From positions 15,209,552 to 15,243,126 of the forward strand of contig NC_068999.1 of the NCBI RefSeq assembly GCF_001194135.2: DNA of 33,575 bases, in the 5' to 3' direction. The notes under the pieces were generated by a model. That model was given only the letters and a program-made list of their open reading frames with translations. It searched no databases and was not told the origin of the DNA. The DNA comes from Octopus bimaculoides (Eukaryota). Positions 1 to 10,088 of the stretch are shown here, piece by piece (position 1 is the stretch's first letter; the number at the start of each line of letters is the position of its first letter). Made by a program: the position numbers and the translations under genes.

Positions 1-99
1 ATAATAATTTACAATGTATCGGAAAGTATATCCTTTCTCATTCTAGATGTGTGGACAGCACTTCAAATTTCGATTTTATTTTGCTATTGTTTGTCGCAG

Positions 100-1300
100 G
101 TCAGACCCACCTTTGCTGATTTTAACTGGGCAGTAATTAGACCGCATACTAAAACTATGACTTCCGGAAAGTCTGGGCTCTGGAGACTTATGTGGACTCT
201 CACTTTATAGAAGTACGTTAAAAGTAATGTTATCGCGTTACTCAGCGGCAAAACCTTCGACACTAAGTACCATACAAAACTCCTATCGAAATTACTCGCC
301 TTTGCCCTCATTGCTTCCCTACTATCTTGAATCGATAGCTTCTCTGCTTCATCGCTCCATCATGATATATGCGGGTGGGTTCATTTTGTCTCACTGTTGT
401 AAGTCAACTCTGACGTACCTCATGTTTTGAGATTTTCCTCCATTTACTTTCTTCTCAACATCTGCGACCTATCAGGCGTCACGTTCAACGACAACCACGA
501 GGGAATTGTCATTCTTACTTAAAATTCCTGAACAGCGAACCACACCTTTTCGCAAAATCGATACCACTCACCAAATCTTCACAGGTTTCGTAAACGGAAA
601 CATAGAAGGCATACTCAAGTAAGGCTATTCTTAAATATTTTTACAGTATTACTCATATAAATTAAAATTCATCAGAACGTGCACTCCGCATTTAACTGCT
701 ACACAGCCTTCACGATAACTCTAAATAATACCACGTACTCGCACCGACAACAGTGCCTGTGGAAATCTTATGCTTTACAACACCCAAGATTGAAATTTAG
801 GTTTAGATCTATAAAAATATTATAGCTGCTAAAAAGTGTACGAAGGTCAAGTAAAACCCACGGAAGCTTTTCTCTTTCTACATCTACGTCGATGCTGCTT
901 ATACACAATCAGACATGCTGGGCTGTGTCCAAAGTGACGTGAATCAACTCTTTGGCGTTATATTATATCAGTCACAGACACACTACACCGATATCGTCCC
1001 CACTCTTCATTCTTTCTGTCACTACCATAATGGTCGTATTATTGACAATTCTTCTGTCACTACCATAATGGTCGTATTATTGATAATTCTTCTGTCACTA
1101 CCATAATGGTCGTATTATTGACAATTCTTCTGTCACTTATAGAAGAGCACTGCTGAAACACATGGGCTTTCAGTTTCACATTTCCTTTGTGGTACCCAAC
1201 ACCCAGGCAACATAATAACAATTATACCCTGTCTTTCCGTCCTTGAATATTGATTCTCTGTAATTTCCTCTTTGCCCTTGTCTTTCGGTAAGTGTGTGGC
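100..1300 (+). mobile_element. Decayed non-LTR retrotransposon (CR1/L2/Jockey-type LINE): reverse transcriptase to 3' end
   Basis: Hand translation gives RT-like motifs in the expected order despite stops and frameshifts: NYDFRK..GDL (about 153-190, cf. QYGFRxxRSTGDL), VIALLSGKTFDTKYHTKLLSKL (229-294, cf. IALDISKAFDxVWHxxLLxKL), VNSDVPHVLRFSSIYFLLNICDL (403-471, cf. [23 protein letters not shown]), YEGQVKP (about 839, cf. YKxxVRP), LGCVQ (918, cf. LERVQ), SFCHYHNGR (1011, cf. SLFYRYYNGR). Confidence 0.7.
1014..1137. repeat. 38-bp tandem repeat, about 3.3 copies, inside the LINE relic
   Basis: Unit ttctgtcactaccataatggtcgtattattgacaattc starts at 1014, 1052, 1090 and 1128 (partial). One c/t difference in copy 2. 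Confidence 0.95.
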
Positions 1301-1379
1301 TTAACTTCGTTGCAGTATTCGGGTCACGTCTCAGATCTTTGGGTATGTTTCACCCATCTACCAAATTCTCATACTGGAT

Positions 1380-1975
1380 ATGAAGAGCAAGTCATATTTT
1401 ATTCATGTCTGACGAATTTTTGTCTCCCCAATAATGAACAGAAATGAATAAAGTTATGAAATACTATTTCCGAGATCGTTTTGGCCAATGACGAATATTA
1501 TCCTTTTTATTCAGCTTATCTGCTTGTCGTTAAATAGAGTAACATACGATCAACGTCATTGAACGATGTTTCATGTTTCCTGCTCTCAAATGATATATCT
1601 GAGTAACAAATCTATCAGCAAACTGCATAATGAATCGATTACACTCAGCGACAACTAAATACTGTCTTTACTTCTTTCGGCTCCCCGACATTATTTTCCC
1701 GGGTCGTGGCTGTAATGTATATTGAACATAGATTTTCTCAACAAACAATAATTTCATAAAAAAACTATTCTGTATCTACGATTATGATGTAACACAAGAT
1801 TGAATTCTCAAAAAGATATTTCAGTATATGTGCGTATGGATTAATAAATCTGTATATACGGAAATTGTGTGACCCAAGAAATGGATAGCGGACATGTATC
1901 AATGAAAGACGAAATTCTTTTAGATGATTGGGAACTTTTATGCTAACTGATTGGTCTTTAGATACCAAATTCAAT
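1380..1975 (-). mobile_element. Possible heavily decayed Penelope-like RT fragment
   Basis: Weak minus-strand resemblances in the right order: KVPNHLKE followed by an SFDVxSLY-like stretch, a GKIMSGS stretch (cf. GxAMGS), and a degenerate F-x-DD region near 1555-1570. Many frameshifts are needed. Confidence 0.25.
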
Positions 1976-1989
1976 GTAAGATTTCAGGA

Positions 1990-2390
1990 CATAAACCAAT
2001 CAATAAGAATAATTCCAAATATCTAGAACTCGTTTAGATTGGTGATTCTTACAAAAATTAGATTATATAAATCGGTACTCAGAAGTGCTTTAATATATGA
2101 AAGGAAGTCTTGGAATAGCAATCAAACATAGTTAAACGCCTTTGAAAAATAAAGCGTTACGAAGAATCTAGAAGATCAAATGACATGGTTTTGTACGAAA
2201 TGAAGTGGTTTGGCACATAATAAAAGTACCATATATTGAGAGATGAAGAAATAACGAAGCGTAAATGGGGATGGTACAAGCATTTTGGTTCTAGAGAGAA
2301 AGCCGTGTAGTACGTCTGCCATTAAAGTGAATAGTCATAGGTAGAATTAGCAGTTGGTTGAAAAGAATAGAGAAAGAGAAAGAAAGGGAA
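1990..2390 (+). mobile_element. RTE-clade LINE fragment (region C-terminal to RT)
   Basis: KIRLYKSVLRSALIYERKSW from 2054 (cf. KIRLYxSxVxSVLLYGSETW), then LNAFE/NKALRRI*KIK*HGFVRNEVVW (cf. NKCLRRILKIRWQDFVSNEEVW) and KRKWGWYKH (cf. KRKWRWIGH). Confidence 0.7.
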
Positions 2391-2788
2391 AACGACTGAG
2401 CCGAGAGTGAAAGAGAAGTATAGAACATATATAGGAATAAGTAGGGGGAAATTCTGCCATATGATAATTTAAGTAGTTGCAGGTAGAATAACACTAACAG
2501 TGTTCTGTCTATATGTAATGGTTCCGCTGCAGATATTTTAATGAGAACTTTTTGAAATTAATGTGTTGATTATATCGTTTAATTTTCTACAATGCTTAAT
2601 GTAAAATGTATAGTTTTTACAAGAAGCAGTGTATATACTTTAAATATGTTTAATTAATTCAGGTATATTGCACAAGACAAGCTATTAGTCTAAATGTTAT
2701 CCTTGTAACAACCCACTCCCGTGATTCGTGTTTATTTGAAATATCATAAAATGATATATTCTATGTGTTAGAAACGAATGGGTGTAAG

Positions 2789-2789
<1 letters not shown>

Positions 2790-2827
<38 letters not shown>

Positions 2828-2930
2828 CGTGTGTGTGTGTAAGTGAGTGAGCGAGTGAGCGAGTGAGTGAGTAAGTGAGTGAGTGATTGAGTCAGTGAGT
2901 GAGTCAGTCAGTCAGTGAGGGAATGAGTGA
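2790..2930. repeat. Compound microsatellite (GT)n + (GAGT/GTCA)n
   Basis: Directly visible: (GT)n about 2790-2840, (GAGT)n about 2842-2930. Confidence 0.95.
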
Positions 2931-3228
2931 AGGTGCTTGGGTAGGTGGTTGATGCATCGGGCTCGCATCTATGAGGTAGTGATTTCGATTCCCAGACCGG
3001 GCTGTGTGTTAGGTTCTTGTTCCAGTTCACTTAGCTGTAGAAATGAGTTGCACATCATTGGTGCAAAGTTGTATCGGCCTTTGCCTTTCCCTTGGATAAC
3101 ATCGATGGCGTGACTAGAGGAGGCTGGTATCCATAGCCGACAGCTGATCTTCCATAAAGAACCTCGCCCGGACTGGTGCCTCGGAGAAGCAATCACACGG
3201 TCATTCACGACCGAACGGAGGCTTTACC
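2931..3228 (+). mobile_element. tRNA-headed SINE (type C here)
   Basis: A-box-like tgggtaggtggttga and B-box-like tttcgattccc (2983-2993). 20 bp (2983-3002) are identical to the head of the SINE at 22455, followed by a different, GC-richer body. Confidence 0.7.
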
Positions 3229-3589
3229 ATTTTATGTGTGTATATTCGTGTGTGTATCTATGCATATATAAGTGTGTCTATGTGCGTGCGTATGTGTGCG
3301 TATGTGTGCGTGCATTTATAGAAGATTGAATTATTTTCACAATGGTCTGGCATTCGGCGTTACGGGCTTATGTCCTTTTCTACCGCCACGAATAAACCTG
3401 CAATTTAGAAGTAAAATTTGATAGTTAGAACAAGTAATTCGGAAATTCAACCTTGCACAAGGTCTATCGTGCTGATTCACTCAAATAATTATATTAAGTA
3501 TACACATACCTGTGGAACAGATAAAGCATTCAATCCAATAACCCTCCACGCACACTTGATATAAATATATACATACATATATTGACTTG

Positions 3590-4120
3590 GCCAATCTTCA
3601 AGTAAACGAGCAAAAATCCATCGCAGTATGGCATACATTCACCTCTGCTATCTATGCTGTATCAGCCTTCGCTCCAACATATATTTCCGGATTATCCCCA
3701 CAAGGATTACTTTACACGAATTTTTACACGGACATTTACTACTGGAATGAAACTACACTTCAAGTACTGTTCTCTCTTTTTATCAGCGCATCACACTCTT
3801 TACCACCTCATACTAAAAATATCCGCCTATGGATATAATAATAGATTCCTTCATTTTTTCTGTCTCCGATGAAGGGAAGTACTGGATCTTCCCAGAAACA
3901 GCTGTAAGACTCTATCCATAAAATACTTCTCCAACCTTACCATTGCTCTCTTTATCTTTTTATTTCTTATATATTTACATATACACACGCTAATACACGA
4001 CTTTTAATCCCCAATCCTGTTCATACAACGACTGGGGCAAACTAGTCGGTATACAGCACTTACTCGGTATTACCTGTATCCTCTTGGGTTTGGTTAAATC
4101 CAGTACCCTCCTCAACCTTA
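3590..4120 (+). mobile_element. 3' end of a Penelope-like element (end of GIY-YIG region plus terminal repeat region)
   Basis: YISGLSP and TRTFTTGMKLH resemble the PLE endonuclease C-terminus (weak). The hammerhead-like motif at 3862-3910 follows directly, which is the usual arrangement at PLE termini. Confidence 0.5.
3862..3910 (+). ncRNA. Minimal type I hammerhead ribozyme-like motif
   Basis: gtct (stem I) - ccgatga (core CUGANGA with U4C) - a - gggaag / tactggat / cttccc (6-bp stem II) - a - gaaa - palindrome acagctgt (3898-3905) - a (GUA cleavage triplet 3904-3906) - agac (pairs with gtct). Confidence 0.7.
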
Positions 4121-4141
4121 TATATATAAGTATCTATATAT

Positions 4142-4524
4142 NNNNNNNNNNNNNNNNNNNNNNNNNNNNNNNNNNNNNNNNNNNNNNNNNNNNNNNNNNN
4201 NNNNNNNNNNNNNNNNNNNNNNNNNNNNNNNNNNNNNNNNNNNNNNNNNNNNNNNNNNNNNNNNNNNNNNNNNNNNNNNNNNNNNNNNNNNNNNNNNNNN
4301 NNNNNNNNNNNNNNNNNNNNNNNNNNNNNNNNNNNNNNNNNNNNNNNNNNNNNNNNNNNNNNNNNNNNNNNNNNNNNNNNNNNNNNNNNNNNNNNNNNNN
4401 NNNNNNNNNNNNNNNNNNNNNNNNNNNNNNNNNNNNNNNNNNNNNNNNNNNNNNNNNNNNNNNNNNNNNNNNNNNNNNNNNNNNNNNNNNNNNNNNNNNN
4501 NNNNNNNNNNNNNNNNNNNNNNNN
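4142..4524. other. Assembly gap (383 N) flanked by (TA)n
   Basis: N run. Confidence 1.
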
Positions 4525-4526
4525 GG

Positions 4527-4560
<34 letters not shown>

Positions 4561-4712
4561 CTTTCAAATTTTTCACGGGAAACGTTTAGAAAACCCAAAT
4601 AAAGCTCATATTTCATTGTACCGGCCATAGGCTAATGGTGCTGACAGCTAAACAAGTTTTTGGAGGCTGCATCGAATCGTACCGATATAGTACAGGATTA
4701 ATATAATAATAA

Positions 4713-5163
4713 TAACAATAATCCTTGAATGGAATTTATGAACATTTGATGCTTCGCTGCTCGCGTTTCCTCAAGTCGCGTGTCTCTTAAGATCAGAGTC
4801 CGTTTCTGGGAACATTAATGCGTAGTCCGTAGTATTCCTGCGACTCGGGTTGATCATATTCATGGATTTATTTCTTTAGGCGATATAAAGTTAATGGATT
4901 ATAACAGAGATGATTATCTCTATTGTTCAACATGAAGTTTCAGTGGTCAAAAGGGATAAGCATCCCCCTGTTGTACATCCATTAATGTTATATCACCTGA
5001 AGAAATGAATCCATGATTATGATCGACTCGATGCCTAGGGATACTATGGATTGCATTGTAATCATCTAAGGAACGGGGCCTGTAATTTTGAGAGACATGA
5101 GAATTGTGGAAACGCGCGTAGCGATGCATTAAATGTTTATAATCTCCATCCAAAGATTATTGT

Positions 5164-5165
<2 letters not shown>
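4713..5165. repeat. Imperfect palindrome / fold-back: arms about 4713-4924 and 4949-5165, 24-nt loop
   Basis: Left taacaataatccttgaatggaatttatgaacatttgatgcttcgctgctcgcgtttcc matches the reverse complement of the right end, taacaataatctttggatggagattataaacatttaatgcatcgctacgcgcgtttcc. Similarity continues to the centre (tgattatctctatt vs tgcttatccctttt). About 75-80% identity by eye. Confidence 0.9.
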
Positions 5166-5197
<32 letters not shown>

Positions 5198-5758
5198 NNN
5201 NNNNNNNNNNNNNNNNNNNNNNNNNNNNNNNNNNNNNNNNNNNNNNNNNNNNNNNNNNNNNNNNNNNNNNNNNNNNNNNNNNNNNNNNNNNNNNNNNNNN
5301 NNNNNNNNNNNNNNNNNNNNNNNNNNNNNNNNNNNNNNNNNNNNNNNNNNNNNNNNNNNNNNNNNNNNNNNNNNNNNNNNNNNNNNNNNNNNNNNNNNNN
5401 NNNNNNNNNNNNNNNNNNNNNNNNNNNNNNNNNNNNNNNNNNNNNNNNNNNNNNNNNNNNNNNNNNNNNNNNNNNNNNNNNNNNNNNNNNNNNNNNNNNN
5501 NNNNNNNNNNNNNNNNNNNNNNNNNNNNNNNNNNNNNNNNNNNNNNNNNNNNNNNNNNNNNNNNNNNNNNNNNNNNNNNNNNNNNNNNNNNNNNNNNNNN
5601 NNNNNNNNNNNNNNNNNNNNNNNNNNNNNNNNNNNNNNNNNNNNNNNNNNNNNNNNNNNNNNNNNNNNNNNNNNNNNNNNNNNNNNNNNNNNNNNNNNNN
5701 NNNNNNNNNNNNNNNNNNNNNNNNNNNNNNNNNNNNNNNNNNNNNNNNNNNNNNNNNN
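5198..5758. other. Assembly gap (561 N) flanked by (TA)n
   Basis: N run. Confidence 1.
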
Positions 5759-5829
5759 ATATATATATATATATATACATATATATATAAGTCCCAATGT
5801 AATAACTCCTTTCATAAAATTTTTATTTA

Positions 5830-6060
5830 GCTATGCAAGAAAGTTACTTCGCATAAAACTTGTGAGTGAGTATAAATGCTTACATGAAACCATATCATTG
5901 CACGGTCACCCGTACCCAATATAGCAGATAAGAAGTTTCTATACGTCTGTAAGTAATCGAGATGCCTCTGAAGTAGCCGACTCCTAAAAGTGTCTCGTGG
6001 AAAATGTTTTCTAATACAAGGTTTACAATTCGCACCGTGTCTCACCAAAGTATTGCTCCG
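5830..6060 (-). mobile_element. Possible RTE-like LINE RT N-terminal relic
   Basis: Minus strand cgagacacttttaggagtcggctacttcagaggcatctcgattactt resembles KGDxxxCxNYRGISLL, followed by Q*YGFM (cf. QYGFM). Frameshifts are required. Confidence 0.35.
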
Positions 6061-6561
6061 CTGAACAACAGGTGGTAGCTTATTAAGTGGATCGTATTTA
6101 AATGAAATGGAAAATATGCACTTATATTTCTATCAAACTCAACAATTTCGCTGAAGCTGAGATATTTTCTGATAATAGATATGGTTTAGCTCCTTGACTA
6201 CATCACAGCTTCACTAACTCCGACTCTCCTTCGCATTTAACAAATATAAAATGACAGTATTTCTTTTATCTATTTTTCGGCAATGGAGTTGTTATTGAGA
6301 AATTGCAAAGAAGATGTTCCAGAGTGATGGATTTCTAATCAATCAGAATACCTATAAATGTGTGTGCATTCATAGACGATATTCATACAGGCTGCAGTAA
6401 AACCCAAATAGAAAATCCGAAACTAATACTAGCACGATTATATAGAATATTCTAGCAATATCAATCGCAAACTCAGGCCAAAAAGGAGGCAGCGTGTTCT
6501 TAATGTTTGATCACGTTAAATAAATTAGATTGAACATAGCAGAGCACCTAGACATCAATTA

Positions 6562-7854
6562 TCAAGACATCCCATAAGTTCTGCCTGATTCTACCTTTTT
6601 TTTTTTTCAATTGAATGAAATTTATTTGTATTTTAGAATGTCTAATGGAATTTTAAATTATTTTTATGCATTTGTGTACATTTAATCTAATTCAATATTA
6701 TTTTACAAAATAATAGAATTAATGCTTCTTTGTTTAAAACCCTTTCTAACATGGAAGTATCCAAAGAGCGTTTCAGGCACATAATGCTTTATGAGTACAA
6801 AAAAGGAAACTCTGTAGTCGAAACTATTCTAAACATACACCTAGTTTATGGGAAAGAATGCTTGAAAGAACTTGCAGAAGATGGTTTGCAAAATTCAGAA
6901 GTTGAGATTTCAGTCTTGAAGATCAAGATCGAACAGGACGTCCAGTTGAGTTTGATGATAAGCTCCTTGAGGCATAACTTGAAGAAAATCATGCATTGTC
7001 AATTGAAGAATTGGCATGACAGCTTAGTTCAAACCATGCAACTGTTCATCGGCATCTTCAGCAACTTGCAAAGATTCCTAAACTTGGAAAATGTGTGCCT
7101 CATGTATTGTCCGAAAGCAATCGCAAATCCTGAGTTGACATCTGCTCTCTTCTCTATATTCTCGTGAACTCATTTCACCCTTTTTGGATAGACTTGTGAC
7201 TGGTGGCGAAAAATGGATCTTCTATCAAAATGTTAAACGTCGTAAACAGAGGCTTGGTAAAAATGAAAAAAAAATCAACCACAACCGAGAAGGGAACTTC
7301 ATGGGGAAAACGTTCTTCTCTGTATCTGGGGTAGGATTGCAAAGGAATAATTCACTTTGAATTGTTACCACCTAATGCAACAATCTATACTCAAGTCTAC
7401 TGTCAGCAATTAGAGCGTTTGAATCAAGCTTTGAAGAAAAACGACCCGCTTTAGTGAATCGAAAAGGAGTGATGTTTCATCAGAATAATGTGTGACCCCA
7501 CACTGCAAAGATCACATCACAGAAGATCCAAGAGCTTGGTTGGGAAAAATTCCTCATCCACCTTATTCTTCCGAAGTTGCTCTTTCAGACTACTATTTGT
7601 TTCGTATTCTACAGAATCATTTGGGGGACATAACTTTCGCAAGCCAGCAGGAGGTCGAAACTGAAATTTCCGAGTTCTTCGCTTTAAAACCAAAAGAGTT
7701 TTACATTGATGTGATTAAAATGCTTGTAAATAAATGGAAGGAAATCATAGATAATCAGGGCAAGTACATTGATGATTAAATTTCAATTAAATAGAACATT
7801 TGATCACGTGTTTTGTTTATTCAAATTTCGAACAGAACTTATGGGATGACCTGA
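6562..7854 (+). mobile_element. Full-length non-functional mariner (DD34D) DNA transposon, 1293 bp
   Basis: 22-bp TIRs: tcaagacatcccataagttctg (6562-6583) and the reverse complement of 7833-7854, tcaggtcatcccataagttctg (2 mismatches). TA target duplication at 6560-6561 and 7855-7856. The length is typical of mariners. Confidence 0.95.
6751..7779 (+). pseudogene. Mariner transposase pseudogene (mellifera-subfamily-like)
   Basis: ATG at 6751, MEVSKERFRHIMLYEYKKGN. After frameshifts: WFAKFRS*DFSLED, CVPHVL (WVPHEL motif), RLVTGGEKW (first D to G), HQNNV*PH (second D to N), HPPYSSEVALSDY (YSPDLAPSDY motif), ending GKYIDD* at 7779. Several stops and frameshifts. Confidence 0.93.
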
Positions 7855-8831
7855 TAGATTGCCTTGATTTTTATATATATATAGTACGCATTAACGAGGT
7901 AACATATTCCGAAAATAATGATCTGGTACGCTACTATGTTTTCTGCAGATGTTGGGCTGGTAATGTGGCACGTTAAAAATAGCAGCTCTGGAGTATAAAT
8001 AACACATGGCGATTCACTGCATTCGATTGTTAATGCAACCCAAATGACTGGGACGCACCAGAAGAGGCTAAACGAAGAAAAAACATGAAGAAATTATATC
8101 ATGCGATAAACGAACACTAATGAATGCGATGCAAATACAAAAAAAAAAGGTTGTAGTATAAAAGAATAAAAAATGCCTGTTAAATATCAAACTAATGAAA
8201 ATGAAGGAGATATGTTAAGAAGCCTATGTGGACAGCCGGCATATGTGACAACTAAGAAATTTTATCTCAACGTGTAGTGTAGAAAGACAAAGTAACCATT
8301 AATGATAAAACTAAACAAGCGGTGAGAGATTTAATTCCATTCCTGCCAATACTGAATTATTTCATTATTGTCATTAATAAGGAGATTACGCGCTTCTAGA
8401 ACATTTCCTTACAGCACTCAAATCGTCCTAACGGTGTTATTGATGGAATGTCCATGTAGATTTGAATAAACAATCGCATTTTGAGGTATAAAAGAAAAAA
8501 AACCTTTGGCAATACCTCGAAAACACGGTATGCATTTAAACGACATAAATTCATCACTGTAATATTGAAAATACTCTGTAACGTAAGCATGGAGTAGGCA
8601 CATAAACGAAATAGCTAGAAGGCTAGAAACTAAAAAAAAAAAAGAAATGTGTGAGGAAAGTGGGTATGATGGAATACTGTGTGCAATAGAAGAGCAATAT
8701 TTCTCATGTATATTTACTGTATTCTACCTGAGGAGTAATGAAACGAAGCAGAAAAATACATCCGACAGTGATTTATGAAGTGGAAAGGAAAGTAAATGCA
8801 TTTCATCATTGAATATATATATATATATATA

Positions 8832-8993
8832 NNNNNNNNNNNNNNNNNNNNNNNNNNNNNNNNNNNNNNNNNNNNNNNNNNNNNNNNNNNNNNNNNNNNN
8901 NNNNNNNNNNNNNNNNNNNNNNNNNNNNNNNNNNNNNNNNNNNNNNNNNNNNNNNNNNNNNNNNNNNNNNNNNNNNNNNNNNNNNNNNNNNNN
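8832..8993. other. Assembly gap (162 N) flanked by (TA)n
   Basis: N run. Confidence 1.
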
Positions 8994-9000
8994 ATATATA

Positions 9001-9074
9001 TAGTGTACATTTAGACACATAAGAGGTATTCGTCATAGGATTCCTGGCACGCTAGATGCAACAGCCAAAATTCC
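9001..9074 (+). repeat. Direct, non-folded copy of the centre of the 9372-9656 hairpin
   Basis: agtgtacatttagacacataagaggtattcgtcataggattcctggcacgctagatgcaacagccaaaa (9002 onward) vs agtgtacatttaaacacataaaaggtatccctcatagaattcatggctcgctagaaggaacagccaaaa (9475 onward), about 85% identical. Confidence 0.9.
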
Positions 9075-9371
9075 AACCACTATTACGGATAAACATCGAA
9101 GGGAATGAAAATTAAAAATATTTACCATCTATTTCCTGGACCATGGTTTCTGTCTTTTTTTTTTGTTTAGCAAATAAAATCATTTGCTAGGCGAAGTGTT
9201 CATCAACGGGTACACCTAGATTAAACATATAAGTACGAGGCAATCTAGCATGTGCCTCGTGCTTGTACGTCATAATTTTTCAAATCCACCGCGCGAGCGC
9301 AGTTTTTGTATCGGCAGCAAATAAAATAATACCGGCGTTACTTCGAAAATTTTCCAGAAAAGATTATCACT

Positions 9372-9656
9372 AATTAATAATATCAGGGTAACAAAACTTT
9401 TAGAAATGTTTACTAGCAGTGGCCTAGCGTGTAGAAAACTTAGTCAAAAGACTATATATTATTCATATAAATACAGTGTACATTTAAACACATAAAAGGT
9501 ATCCCTCATAGAATTCATGGCTCGCTAGAAGGAACAGCCAAAACCCAATGTACACTGTATTTATATGAATAATGTATAGTCTATTGACTAATTTTTCTAC
9601 ACGCTAGGCCACTGGTAGTAAATTTCTAAATTTTTATGACATTGATATTATTAATT
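9372..9656. repeat. Inverted repeat (MITE-like or fold-back): arms 9372-9484 and 9547-9656, 62-nt loop
   Basis: Hand alignment gives about 12 differences in 113 nt (about 89%). Includes the block cagtggcctagcgtgtagaaaa and 28 identical nt next to the loop. Confidence 0.95.
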
Positions 9657-10014
9657 TATATATAAATTATATTTGAAAAGAAAAGAAGTTTATATAAAAG
9701 TTTACGCTACACTACATTTCTACAAATATTTGACAATATATCAATCGTATTATGAAGAATTTGAGAAAAGTGATTGGTTTTTAGATATAACAAATATTCT
9801 ATCTAGAACAAGTTAAATTTCATAATTATTTCTAATCTACATTGTGATATTCCCTTCGTCTAAATAGGTTAAAATTGCAAATCTGTGCCTAAATAAAACG
9901 GAGGAGATTCTTCACCTGAAGATATTCGGTAATAGGCATGCTCTCTAAGGAAAAACAAAACAACAAAAAACTCCGTGTCGAAGCAACAACACTGATGGTG
10001 TTAGAGGAACGTAC

Positions 10015-10088
10015 TTCAAGCTTCAAACACATAAGTTTATAATGCCAGAATTTGAATCTAAACATGCCCGATTTTTTTCCTGTTATTT
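10015..10088 (-). other. Candidate isolated 74-nt internal exon, unidentified
   Basis: Minus strand: branch-like gctaat, pyrimidine tract gcttttttacatttttgttttcag, exon open in one frame (ITGKKSGMFRFKFWHYKLMCLKLE), donor GAA|GTACGT. No recognisable protein and no confirmed partner exon. Confidence 0.2.

Noticed and set aside
1014-1137. 38-bp repeat as a CRISPR-like array
   Set aside because: The units are directly adjacent with no spacers, there are no cas genes, and the context is eukaryotic.
4947-5153. ORF ending DVQQGDAYPF, resembling the RT motif GVRQGDPLSP
   Set aside because: It lies in one arm of the palindrome, the mirror arm does not keep the motif, and no YxDD follows. Treated as chance.
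4060-5924. Long ORFs spanning N runs (also near 8714-9036, 14806-15279, 16335-16731, 23654-24149, 24853-25265)
   Set aside because: They are open only because N codons translate as X and (TA)n gives YI repeats.
9231-9264. 12-bp stem, 10-nt loop hairpin aagtacgaggca/tgcctcgtgctt
   Set aside because: It is short and isolated, with no terminator or known RNA context, and could be chance.
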